Positions 13,745 through 26,805 of a stretch of 64,000 nucleotides of DNA are shown in pieces. The stretch is from the human T2T-CHM13v2.0 reference genome, Homo sapiens: the NCBI RefSeq assembly GCF_009914755.1, contig NC_060929.1. One strand, given 5' to 3'. Within the stretch, counting starts at the first letter, position 1, and each line of letters opens with the position of its first letter. The translations under genes were made by a program, and so were the position numbers. The notes below the pieces were generated by a model. It was not told where the DNA came from. It saw nothing but the letters and a program-made list of their open reading frames with translations, and did no database searches.

Positions 13745-16700
13745 TTTTATTTATTTAGCTATTATTTTAGGTTCAGGGGCACCTGTGCACATTTGTTATA
13801 TAGATAAGTTGCATGTCATGGGGTTTGGTGTATAGATTATTTTCTCATGCAGGTAATAAGCATAGTACCCGATTTGTTTTTGATCCTCACCCTCAAGTAG
13901 GCTCCAGTTTGTTGTTCCCTTCTTGGTGTTCATATGTACTCAAACTTTACCTCCCACTTATAAGTGAGAACATGTAGTATTTGGTTCTCTGTTCCTGTGT
14001 GAGTTTGCTTAGCATAATGGGCTCCAGCTCCATCCATGTTGCTGCAAAGGACACGATCTTATTCTTTTTTTATGGCTGCATAGTATTCTGTAGTGTGTAT
14101 GTACCACTTTTTTAACCCAGTCTACTGTTGATAGATATTTAGGTTGATTCCATGTATTTGCTTTTGTGGATAGTGCTGTGATGAACATATGCTTGCATGT
14201 GTCTTTAGGGTAAAATTATTTATATTCCTTTGGGTATATACCCAAAAATGGGATTGCTGGGTCACGTGGTAATTCTGTTTTAACTTATTTGAGAAATTGC
14301 CATACCGTTTTCCACAATGGATGAACAAATTTACATTTCCACCAGCTGTGACTAAGTGTTTCCTTTTCCTGACAATCTCACCAGCATCTTTTATTTTCTG
14401 ACTTTTTAATGATAGTCATTCTGATGGTGTGAGATAGTATCTCATTATAGTTTTGATTTGCATTTCTCTAATTATTAGTGATGTTGAGCATTTTTTTTCT
14501 ATACAAGTTGGCTGTGTGTATGTCCTCCTTTGAAAATTGTCTGTTCGTGTACTTTGCCCACTTTTTAATGAGGTTGTTTGACTTTTGCTTGCAAATTTTT
14601 TAAGTTTCTTACAGATTCTGGGCATTAGACCTTTCTTGGATGTATAATTTCAAAATATTTTCTCCCATTCTGTAGGTTGTCTGTTTATTGACAGTTCCTT
14701 TTGCTGTGCAGAAGCTGTTTAGGTAAATTAGGTCCTGTTTGTCAATTGTTCTTTCTGTTGCAATTGCTTTTGGCATTTTTATCCTGAAATCTTTGCCAGG
14801 TCCTATGATCAGAATTCTATTTTCTAGATTATGTTCCATGGTTTTTATAGTTTTAGGTCTTACATTTAAGTCTTAATCCATCTTGTGTTGATTTTTATTT
14901 ATGGTGTAAGAAAGGGTTCTCCCACTATTATTGTGTGGTTATCTAAGTCTCTTCATAGGTCTCTAAGAGCTTGTTTTATGAATCTGGGTGCTCCTGTGTT
15001 GGGTGCATATATACTTAGAATAGTTAAGTCCTCTTGCTGAACGGAACCCTTGTCCATCAGATAATGCCCTGTTTTGTCTTTTAAAAAGTCATTGTTGGTT
15101 TTCAATCAGTTTTGTCTGGAATTAGAATAGTAACCCTTGCTTTTTTGTTTTTCATTTGTTTAGATTTTTCTCCATCCCTTTACTTTTCACCTACAGGTGT
15201 CATTGCATGTGAGATGGGTCTCTTGAAGACAGTGTACAGTTCAGTCTTGGTTTTTTATCCAGCTTGCCGCTCTGCGCCTTTTAATTGGGGCATATAGCCC
15301 GTTTGCATTCAACATTAACATTGATATGTGTGGATTTGATCCTATCCTTACGTTGTTAGCTTGATTGTATAGTTGTTTTATAGCGTCACTGGTTTATGCA
15401 CTTAAGTGTGTTTTTGTGGTGGCCAATAACTCTTTTATTTCCATATTTAGCACTCCTTAAGTACCTTTTATAAAGCAAGTTTGGTGGTAATAAATTCCCT
15501 TAGCATTTACTTGTCTGAAAAGGATCTTATTTCTCCTTCACTTATGAAACTTAGTTTAGCTGGATATGAAATTCTTGGTTGTAATTTCTTTTCTTTAAGA
15601 ATGCTTAGTATAGGCTTCAAGTTTCTTCTGGCTTATAGAGTTTCCAGCTGAAAGATCTGGGGTTTCCTTTGTAGGTGACCTGCTCCTTCTCTCTAGCTGA
15701 CTTAAAATTGACCTTGGAGAATCTGATGACTATGTTTCTTGGGAATGGTCATGCTATGGGTTCTCAGAGGTTCTCTTCATTTCCTGAATTTAAGTGTTGA
15801 CTCTCTAGTGAGGTTGGAGAAATTTTCATGGACTGCATCCTCAAATGTGTTTTCCAAGTCACTTGCTTTCTCTCTCTCTTTTTCAAGGACACCAGCAAGT
15901 CATACATATGGTCTCTTTATGTAATCCCATGTTTCTCAAAGATTTTGTTTATTTTTTCTTATTACATTTTCTCTGTTTTTGTCTGACTGAGTTGATTTGA
16001 GGAACTGGTCTTCAGGTTCTGAGATTCTTTCCTCAGCTTGGTCTATTCTGTTGTTAATACTTATGACTTTATTCTGAAATTCTTGTAGTGAGCTTTTCAG
16101 CTCTATCAGATCATTTTGGTTCTTTCTTAAAATGGTTATTTCATCTTTCAGCTCCTGTATCATTTTACTGGATTCCTTAGATTCCATGGATTGATTTTCA
16201 ACTTTCTCCTTTCAATTATCTTTGATCTTATCTAGATTCTGAATTCTACACCTATCATTTCAGCCATTTCATCCTGGTTAAGGATCATTGCGGGAGAACT
16301 AGTGTGATCATTTGGAGGTAAGAAGACACTGTGGCTTTTCAAGTTGCCAGAGTTATTGCACTGGTTTTTTCTCACCTGTGTGGGCTGATGTTCCTCTAAT
16401 CTTTGAAGTTTCTGTCCTTTGGATGTAGTTTTTTGCTTTTATGTTCTTTGATGCCCTTGAGAGTTTGATTGTGGCATAAGATGTGTTCAGTAAATGGGCT
16501 TGCTTTCTGGAATTTTTTAAGGAGCCAAGCCTCAACTCAGTACTCCTGGGTTATGTGTTCCAGCCCTGGGGGGCTGGTATCGGGCCTCTGGTATTGTTCT
16601 CTGGATTCTCAAGGTTAGGAACCTTGAGGGGCCAAGGTGTTTCTAGTCTGCTGGTAACAACACTCTGATGGGGGGTGCCAGCCAAAGCACTTCAGTGGGT

Positions 16701-17697
16701 TTGTGGCAGCAGGATAGGTGCTCAATTGCATGTGCCAGCAGCAACAGCTATTTGTTGGGGTCCCTGCATGTTAGTGGGGTTGGGGTGCCAGCAGAGTCAG
16801 GGCAGCAGTGTCTGTGCATGCCCTCACACCAATGGTGGTGGGGTGGTGGGGTGCACACTTGTGCATACCAGAAGGAGAGAGGAGGCAAAGCCCACTCGTG
16901 TGCATGCCAGCAAAGCTGTAGCAGGGAGGCCATGGGTAAGTGAGTGCTGCCAAAGCAGTGTGGGGACTCTGCGGTGGGGGAGGCTGTGGATGGGTGGGCA
17001 CACATCAACAGATGTTGATCTGCTGGAGCTCTCCAATAGTTAGGCATGTCCTCCTGGCAAAGGAGCTATGATAATGGTCCTCAGGAAGCACCATGGTTGG
17101 GCTTCCAAGGCTGTGCTGCAAGCAAGTGCAGCCAGAATGGGGCCTGAGGAGTGCTCAGCAGACGGGGGGGCACTAAGATTGAACTGCTCCTGTGTCATGG
17201 GGAAGGCCTGCTTTGTCCAGGACTGACAGTCAACAAAAGACAAACACATCTAGAGGACTGTGGTAAACTTTGAGGGATGAGCATTCAAGGTCAGTCTCCA
17301 CTGTAGCCTTTCCCACACCAAACCCTCTGGTCTCTCACAAGTTAGAGTCCTGCCCCTGCTACTCTCCAAGCTGCTCTCTCTGCCACCCCAAGTGTCTGTA
17401 TGGATTGTGGGGTTTCCTGCAGCTAGGATTCTGGAGGTCTGTGTTGAAAGCAGGCCACTTCTTGCCTGTTGAACTTACCCCTACCCCAGGAGCCACTGGG
17501 GGCTAGTCCCTGTGCATGGTAGCCATGTGCAGGGCTCGCAGCTTCCTCCCACTTCAGCCCAGTGTCTAAATCCTCCCCCATCTACTCTCAATGGCTTCCT
17601 GCAAGGATCTTCTTGGAATATACCAAGCTTCCTGATGTGCTTCTCTCTCAGTGGGAGACGTTCTTCCTGGATGCATATTGTTGGCCATCTTGGCTCC
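13745..17697 (-). mobile_element. L1PA15/16-like element with 5'UTR, ORF1, ORF2 ends and 3'UTR; large internal ORF2 deletion
   Basis: 3'UTR at 13.75-14.0 kb; ORF2 C-terminal remnants ([11 protein letters not shown]); ORF1 coiled coil (15936-16187, RIDQAEERISE); GC-rich 5'UTR ending GGCCATCTTGGCTCC. Confidence 0.88.
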
Positions 17698-19595
17698 AAA
17701 TACTTTGCATAATTCTTAAAAGACACTTTTTGTCAAAACAAAAACAGTGTGCCCCAAACATTAAGTATGTTATATTATACATATTTCTTTTTCTTATATT
17801 TATTCACTCACCTTTGACAAATTTCAGGAACATTCTATTTGTAAATTCTCACATAAAAGCACTTTTACCCTCAGTTATCAATCTGTTTTTTATTGTAAAT
17901 TGACTCCATGTTTGCTAAAATGTTACAAATTTCCCAGTTCATATTAAACAGTACTGTTTTATTACAGTACATATATTTTTATTAAGAATATTTTAATAAT
18001 ACTAGCAAAAAAAGAATAAAAGTAATTGCATCTTCTAGCAAACATCTTAATTTTAATTTGTATTTCTAATATATCTTATTCCATTCCTTTTCCACTTTAT
18101 AAAAAAGCTTTCTTCTTTAACCAAAATTGCACAGTCTAAGATATTTGTAATAGTTATTATTTTAATGGCATATAACATTATTATGATTCAACTTGTAATT
18201 TTAACCTTAACAAAATCACACTATCCTAAAAAAAATGACATTTAATATGATTTTAACTTGATCTCTATTTTCAGAATCATCAAGATGCCAGTTTACAACA
18301 AAACTTTTATAAGTCATACCTCATAATTTGTTCTTGTAGTCTAGAAATGTGAACAGTTTGTAATGCTCAGTGGAGCTATAGTTGGTAAGTTGCCACCTGG
18401 CAAAAGATACAAGACTAGACACAGAACATAAAATTTAGAGTAATAAAGCTGCTGCCATCTGAAAGATTTCAGTAGAAAATACATCATTAAAAAAGTATTG
18501 GAAGACAGTGAGGAATAACTCTGGACTGCTGCAACAAATATATACAATTTTAAAGAGCTGCTAAGGAACAACAATCAAACCCTGAAAACACAGTGCTTAA
18601 ATTAGAACGCAAGAGAAGAAGAAAACAGGTTTAAGAAAGAAATAGAACAATTCAAGGACAATACAAGCCTTATTCATAAATCTTGCAAAAACAAATTGGT
18701 TCTGTGACATCAAATAAAAATATATATATATCTTGATAAACATCACTCAGGGAGTCATTCTGTAGTCCCGTTGCTTTTGATAGAAAAATTTTCTCTCCTT
18801 AAGTCTCAATATATTTGTAGCTTTCATTAATGTTTAGAAAAGATGTAACTCTCAGACCTTGGTCCATAATTGTCTTGCTATACTTGATTTGGACTGCTAA
18901 CTTTGTCACAAGATTTATAGTCTTGTAACAAATTAGGATTAAACATAGTCACCAAAACATTGTCAACTGAGTCAAAGAAGAGGGGAAAAAAACAGCACTC
19001 TTATTTTCTTCTTCTTGTAGTTTCCAATACACATCTCTTACAGGCCAAATTGAAAAAAACTGTTTTTATTAAAAACAAACCTTATAATAATCAATATTTA
19101 ATAAAATTAAAAGTGAATTGTTAGGTTATCACTGAAGTTTGAAAAGAAAATATTTAATTACTGATTACTGTTTGTTATCACTTAATAGGCTGGCATATTT
19201 GAGCCTGTTCATTTCTTCCTGCATATTATTGGTGTAGTTTGGTTAAGCTGCCAAATAGAGAATATTGGTGTCCAGGTTATGGTTTAATGGTTTATATTAT
19301 AAATGGAAATCATACTCAAATAAGTGAATCTTACCTTGTAGCATGTGATTATAGTAAATGGTCCTTCTGTTTAATGCTATTTATTAATAACAAAATAATG
19401 AACAAAAATATGTCTTATTTAAAAAGAAGGTATAGTTCATCTCAGTATGTAAAGAAGTGCAAACAAAGTAGAAAACAGATATGCCAGATCATAAAATTAT
19501 AAAATTTATATCTATTAAGAAGTTCCCAAGGATAATTTTTATCTTCTTTGACTATTATAATTTACCCCACCTATTCTTAAGCTTTTCTTCTAGGC

Positions 19596-19848
19596 TGTCT
19601 TAGTCTATTTGGTGCTACTATAGCAAAAAAGCTGAGATTGGTTAATTTATAGTAAGTCAACATTTATTTGTTTCCTGGTTCTGGAGGCTGGGAAATCTGA
19701 GAGCATGGTGCTGGCATCTGGTATTAGTCTTTAATGGCAGAAGGCAGAAGGGCAAGAGGGGCAAGAAAGAGTATGAATTCAGCCTCAGGCTTGCATTGGA
19801 GATTGTTTGCAACACATGCATTTTGAGAGATACATTCAAACCATAATG
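19596..19848 (-). mobile_element. MaLR solo LTR (MSTC/D-like)
   Basis: TGTCTTAGTCTATTTGGTGCTACTATA...TTCTGGAGGCTGGGAAATC...ACATTCAAACCATA. Confidence 0.75.
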
Positions 19849-19949
19849 AAAGCCCCTGGGGAAAGCAACCTATTCTTAATCTTTTCTTTAACTTGACCCC
19901 AAAAACATGTTCTTTCTCTAGTATTATTAATTTTGATGCAAGTTGATGT

Positions 19950-20340
19950 CAAAAATCATATTTGCCAATTTCTATCAAAATTTAAAGTGCACATGCAATT
20001 TGGCATATTGATTTTATTACTAGAAATTTATAGGTATCCAGAAAAAATATAGAAACATAAATCTAAAATTATGTTCAATGAAGCATTGTTTATAATAGGG
20101 GAGACAGATATTAAGAGAGCCAAATATCCATCAGTAAAATATATGGCTTATTAAATTATGAAAAATTATAGTACAATGATATTCTGGGTAGCTCATGGCT
20201 AAATTATAACATAGTCACTTTTGAAAGTAAGATAGAAGTATACATGCTGATTTCAAAAAATCTCCAGAATTTATTAAGTCAAAAAGTAAGATTCAAAATG
20301 CATTTTAATAGTATAAGCCTATTTTTGTAAAGAAAATGAA
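19950..20340 (+). mobile_element. Old L1ME 3' fragment
   Basis: AAGCATTGTTTATAATAG...AAATATCCATCAGTA...CTCCAGAATTTATTAAGTCAAAAAGTAAG. Confidence 0.5.
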
Positions 20341-21019
20341 ATTCTTCAACTTTTAAAAAGTATTTTATATTTTCACCACACACATTTGTGGTATTTTTTT
20401 TTTAAGTCAAAAGAAACATTGATAACAAGAACAAAGTCAAAAACAACAGAGCTGTCAAATACGAGAAACTAATATACCTTTTGAAATTTGCTGCTCATCT
20501 CAATTCTTTGCAGAAGAAATATATTACAAAACACATTTAAATGGATATTGTACAATTCAATAAAATAGCCTTGCAGTGTTTATGTTAAAATTAATATCAC
20601 TATGTATATGACATAAAGGAGTTATCTACTGGCAATTTTCTAATGTTTGCACAATAATTCACAGCCTGTAAACACAGCAGCAGGTAGAAGATTGATCTTG
20701 ACATGGTTATTCACTGTTCTTATCAGGAAAACAAATTCACTCCTCATCCAGGTGATGATGAACATTCCTTTGAAATCAATGATATTATGATAACTATAAT
20801 ATTGTGGGAACTATCCTGCTTATCAAAAGTGAAACAAGAAGAAAGGCCTTTCACGATCAGAAAAATAAAATTAAAAACCAGAGCTGCAAAACAGAATTGT
20901 CTACATTGAGTAAACAGCTTGATCAAGTGAAATAATTTAGAACATGTAGAAAATTTAAAAATCCATTTATGATGATGGGTTTAGAATCATAATCCTAGGA
21001 TGTTATATATAAAAAAATG

Positions 21020-24000
21020 GTGTTTAGAGGGAAATTTATAGCACTAAATGCCCACAGGAGAAAGTGGGAAAGATCTAAAATCGAAACCATAACATCACAA
21101 TTAAAACAACTAGAGAAGCAAAAATAAACAAATTCAAAAGCTAGCAGAAGACAAGAAATAACTAAGATCAGAGCAGAAGTGAAGGAGATAGAGACACAAA
21201 AAAGCCCTTCCAAAGAAAAAAAATCAGTGAATCGAGGAGCTGGTTTTTTGAAAAGATTAACAAAATAGACCACTAGTTATATTAATAAAGAAGAAAAGAC
21301 AGAAGAGTCAAACTGACACACTAAAAAATGATAAAGGGGATATCACCACTGATCCTACAGAAATACAAACTACCATCAGAGAATACTATAAACACCTCTA
21401 TGCAAATAAACTAGAAAATCTAGAAAAAAATGGATAAATTCCTGGACACATACACCCTCTCAAGACTAAACCAGGAAGAAGTCGAATCCTTGACTAGACC
21501 AATAACAAATTCTGAAATTGAGGCAGTAATTATTAGCCTACCAACCAAAATAAAGCCCAGGACCAGATGGATTCACAGCTGAATTCTACTAGAGGGACAA
21601 AGAGGAGCTGGTACCATTCCTGCTGAAACAATTCCAAACAATAGAAAAAGAGGGACTCCTCCCTAATTCATTGTATGAGGCCAGCATCGTCCTGATACCA
21701 AAACCTGGCAGAGACACAACCAAAAAAGAAAATTTCAGGCAAATACCCCTGACGAACATCGATGTGAAAATTCTCAATAAAATACTGGCAAACTGAATCC
21801 AGCAGCACATCAAAAAGCTTATCCAGCATGATCAAGTCGGCTTCATCCGTGGGATGCAAGGCTGGTTCAACATATGCAAATCAATAAACAGAACCAATGA
21901 CAAAAACCACATGATTATCTCAATCGATGCAGAAAAGGCCTTCGATAAAATTCAATACCTCTTCATGCTAAAACCTCTCAATAAACCAGGTATTGATGGA
22001 ATGTATCTCAAGATAGTAAGATCTATTTATGACAAACCCAAAGCCAATATCACACTAAATGGGCAAAACTGGAAGCATTCCCTTTGAAAACTGACACAAG
22101 ACAAGGATGCATTTTCTCACCACTCCTATTCAACATAGTATTGAAAGTTCTGGCCAGGGCAATCAGGCAAGAGAAAGAAATAAAGCATATTCAAATAGGA
22201 AGAGAGGAAGTCAAATTGTCTCTGTTTGCAGATGCATAATTATATATTTAGAAATCCCCATCGTCTCAGCCCAAAATCTTTTTAAGCTGGTAAGCAACTT
22301 CAGTAAAGTCTCAGGATACAAAATCAATGTGCAAAACTCACAAGCGTTCCTATACACCAATAATAGACAAACAGCCAAATCATGAGTGAACTCCCATTCA
22401 CAATTGCTACAAATAGAATAAAATACCTAGGAATACAACTTACAAGGGATGGGAAGGACCTCTTCAAGGAAAACTACAAACCACTGCTCAAGGAAATAAG
22501 AGAGGACACAAAGAAATGAAAAAACATTCCATGCTCATGGATAAGAATAATCAATATCATGAAAATGGCACATTGCCCAAAGTAACTTACAGATTCAATG
22601 CTATTCCCATCAAGCTACCATTGACTTTCTTCACTGAATTAGAAAAAAATACTTAAAATTTCATATGGAACCAAAAAAGAGCCTGTATAGCCAAAACAAT
22701 CCTAATGAAAAAGAACAAAGCTAGAGGCAACATGCTACCTGACTTCCAGCTATACTACAAGGCTACAGTAACCAAAACAGCATGGTACTGGTGCCAAAAC
22801 AGATATATAGACCAATGGAAGAGAACAGAGGCCTCAGAGATAACATCACAAACCTACACCCTCTGATCTTTGACAAACCTGGCAAAAACAGCAATGGGGA
22901 AAGGATTCCCTATTAAATAAGTAGCGTTGGGAAAACCAGCTAGCCATATGCAGAAATATAAAACTAGACCCCTTCCATACACCTTATACAAAAATCAAAT
23001 CAAGATGGATTAAAGACTTAAATGAGAGACCTAAAACCATAAAAACCCTAGAAAACCTAGGCAATACCATTTAGGACACAGGCATGGGCAAAAACTTCAT
23101 GACTAACACACCAAAAGCAATTGCAATAAAAGCCAAAATTGACAAATGGGATCTAATTAAACTGAAGAGTTTCTGCAATGCAAAAGAAACTATCATGAGA
23201 GTGAACAGACAACCTACAAAATGGGAGAAAATTTTTGCAATCTATCCATCTGACTAAAGGCTAATATCCAGAATCTACAAGGAACTTAAACAAATTTACA
23301 AGAAAAAAATAAACAACCCATCAAAATTAGGCAAAGGATATGAACAGAAACTTCTCAAAAGAAGACATTTTGCGGCCAACAAACATATGAAAAAAAGCTT
23401 ATTATCACTGATCATTAGAAAAATGCAAATCAAAACCACAATGAGATACCATCTCATACTCATTAGAATGGTGCACTGAAAAGTCAGGAAACAACAGATG
23501 CTAGAGAGAATGTAGAGAAATAGGAATGCTTTTACCCTGTTGGTGGGAGTGTGAATTAGTTCAACCATTGTGGAAGATAGTGTGGTGATTCCTCAAGGAT
23601 CTAGAACAAGAAATACCATTTGACCCAGCAATCCCATTACTAGATATCTACCCGAAGGATTATAAGTCATTCTACTGTAAGTGCACATGCACACATGTGG
23701 CTTTATAGTATGTTTATTGCACATACTATATAAACACAAATCTATGTTTATTGCAGCACTATTCACAATAGCAATAAACACACATGTATGTTTATTACAG
23801 CACTATTCACAATAGCAAAGACTTGGAACCAACCCAAATGCCCATCAATGATAGACTAGATAAAGAAAATGTGGCACATATACACAATGGAATACGATGC
23901 AGCCATAAAAAAGGATGAGTTCTTGTCCTTTTGAGGGACACTGCATATTCTCACCCATAAGTGGGAGTTGAACAATGAGAACACATGGACACAGGGAGGG

Positions 24001-24175
24001 GAACATCACACACTAAGGCCTACTGGGGGGTGGGGGTCTAGGGGAAGGATAGCATTATTAGAAATACCTAATGTAGATGATGGGTTGATGGGTACAGCAA
24101 ACCACCATGGCACGTGTATACCTATGGAGCAAACCTGCACGTTCTGCACATGTATCCCAGAACTTAAAGATAATA
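21020..24175 (+). mobile_element. 5'-truncated L1PA7-like element (about 3.1 kb), ORF2 decayed
   Basis: Starts GTGTTTAGAGGGAAATTTATAGCAC; RT remnant [16 protein letters not shown]; 3'UTR ATGTAGATGATGGGTTGATGGG...TATCCCAGAACTTAAAG. Confidence 0.93.
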
Positions 24176-24189
24176 AACACACACACACA

Positions 24190-24327
24190 AAGAGAGACTA
24201 CATTATAAGTGTTTTCACTATACATGCAAAAAAAAAAAGGTAACTGTGAGGTGATGGATGTGTAAATCAGCACACATATCTAAACATTACATTCTACACC
24301 TTAAACATATGTAATTAAAAAAAAAAG
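24190..24327 (+). mobile_element. L1MA/L1MB terminal 3'UTR fragment
   Basis: AAGTGTTTTCAC...GGTAACTGTGAGGTGATGGATGTG...TACACCTTAAACATAT. Confidence 0.6.
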
Positions 24328-24350
24328 GATGCTTGCTGCTATGTATAAAC

Positions 24351-24582
24351 CAGGGTCTCCCAACCTTGGCACTATTGACATTTTGGGTCAGAGAATTCTT
24401 TGTAATGAGGATGCTGCCTGTTGCATTGTAGGATATTGAGCAGCATCCATTACCCTTTAACCACTGGATGCCAGTAACACCCCTGCTTCCACTCTTCCAT
24501 CCCAACTGTGATAACTAAAAATGTCTCCAGATATGTCAAATATTCCCCAAAGGGGCAAACTATTCCTTGTTGAGAATCTCTG
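24351..24582 (+). mobile_element. MER20 (hAT-Charlie MITE), full length
   Basis: CAACCTTGGCACTATTGACATTTTGGG...GATGCCAGTA...AAAAATGTCTCCAGA...GTTGAGAATCTCTG. Confidence 0.88.
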
Positions 24583-25525
24583 AAGTAGACTATATTGACA
24601 AATTTGAGAGATTTAAATGCTGTTTTTATTGCTGTTATTCCATGTTCCTTAGTAAGATATTCAATTTAGGATCCAAATATTTATATATATATATATGTAA
24701 ATGAGGATATATAAAAATATTTAACAATTATTTTGGCCTGATCATTTGATCAATCAAAATAGTCACTGGTGGTAGAGCTAGAGGCCTCTGCTGCCCCAGG
24801 AAATCTTCCTTAGCTGGTAGGCTCTGGATAGGTCTTGTTATAGGACTCAAGGGAGTTGCTGTGTCCAGGGGAGAGAAGCCACTGGGGGCCAGGGAATCCC
24901 TGACTTTTTACTATTAAACAAATACTTCATTATTGTAGCAACTGGTTCAGCCCATTTTAGTGTGTACTGACCGAACACCAGTATATTCAACACAAAATAT
25001 TTTATGAAATAATAACTCTCTGACGATGAACATTGATAATTTTTATTCTATTATTATTTTATTTCTCTTCCTACTTTTCTTAATGTTGACATCATCAGCT
25101 AAACTGTATTTATTGAACACATTGGTAAGTCATAATTCACACTTCTTTGATAAATACTGAACTAAATGTGTATCATGCCAATCACACAAGTATGTCTGAT
25201 TTTTCTTCATAGAAAAGAAAACAATACTGATTTGAGGCAGATTCCTTTTACAATGTCACACAGTTTTTGAGTTTTGACATAATACTTGTGCCAAGATGGC
25301 ATCTGTCTTTATGTATAATTTGTAACTGCCAGATATTTATGGTGCAAAGGGTATCAAAAGATATCCTAACTCAATTTATATCATCTACCAACCTGCTTGA
25401 AATTCCCCTAATTGACCAGGCCTTCTAGGGCTCACCACTGATAGTTTGGTTTAAGTTCATACATTTTATTAGTGGGACAATAGTTAAATTTATTATTAGC
25501 CCATAACGTCTTTGCAATAATTCAA

Positions 25526-25778
25526 AGGCAGTATGCTTTAGTGGTTAAGAGTATGCACATTGGAGACCTACAGATAGCATAGGCACATCCTAGTTTTGCT
25601 ACTTTTTATCTGAGAGTTTTAGGGCAATGTACTGAACTTACACAAGCTTAATTTATCTCAAAAGTTGGAATAATGATAGTACCTACTGCATCTCGTTAAT
25701 GTGACAATTAAATAATGTATGCAAAGGGTTTAGGTCACTTCCCACATGTAGTAAATGCTCCATGAATGCTACTATTAA
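25526..25778 (+). mobile_element. Near full-length MIR
   Basis: GGCAGTATGCTTTAGTGGTTAAGAG...GGAATAATGATAGTACCTAC...TAGTAAATGCTCCATGAATG. Confidence 0.8.
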
Positions 25779-26802
25779 CTGGAATGATAACATCAATATG
25801 CTAATAATCTGAATGTCAAGTCATGCCATTCTGTGAGTATCAGAAAGAGGAAATATATAACATGACATATGAGAGAGTGTTAAGGTTGCTTTCAGCTCTA
25901 AAACAAAGTCTGTTGGATCATACTTCCCACAGTTTTGTGGGAAGTCATTTGAGGTCTGTAACCGAAAATGTATCATTTATATAGATTAATAACAAGAATT
26001 TTTTTTATTTACATGATTAGGATAGATATTACACTACAAGGGGAAAAGCTGTCTGGATAAGATTTTTCGGTGACATTTTCCAATTAAAGGCATCTGGAAG
26101 CTTTTGAAGAACAAACTGGGTTGCTATTTTTAGAGCTCAGTTTAACAATTGTTAGACTTTTTGTGCTTTATGTTATTCATTTTTTACCCCTTTAACAAAA
26201 GTGTAGAAATGTTCTACAATTTGAGCCTCATATATACCAGCATCTGCTATATAGCAATTCACATATGTTGTCTTCTTAATAAAACACTAGATTGATGGCG
26301 GCCTCCTGTAGCTCCCTCAAATGTTAAACCATCAAGGGGTGTAATCTAGGTTGGGAACTGGCAATGTACCACGCAGTCTCATCTGAAAGATGCAGGAAAT
26401 GGTAAAAACCAGAATCTATTAGTTTTGCTGCTATGAAGATAAGCATTTATGCTTGCAAAATAATGAAACTGGATGTTCTTTTTCAGAATTTGACACAGAA
26501 GTATCCAGTTTGAATTTTTTCCCACTTTATTGGAAAGGTACTCTGTTTGAGGAGGCCAGGCTGTGATGGTGGTAAAAGACCATCTTTGAAATCCAGGTAG
26601 TGGCACTTTAGTTAGTTTTGTTTGGAAATTACTCTGTGATTCTTTATCTCATTTAGCAATAATCTGAAATGAAATGTGAGAGCTAAAAGGTCAGATATCA
26701 ATAAATTCAGCTTATCTTCATAAATGTGGTAAAAGAGGTAAGAATTCTCTGTTTCTGCTTATTTCTGTAGTTTAGAATTCATTTTCAAATTCAAGTTTGA
26801 AA

Positions 26803-26805
<3 letters not shown>

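Noticed and set aside
16480-17700. GC-richer stretch with many overlapping ORFs, possibly a gene or promoter
   Set aside because: It is the decayed 5'UTR of the L1PA15/16. It is CpG-poor, and the ORFs reflect low stop-codon density.
18400-18720. Purine-rich stretch resembling coding sequence or an ancient LINE
   Set aside because: No sustained open frame and no family I can recognise with confidence
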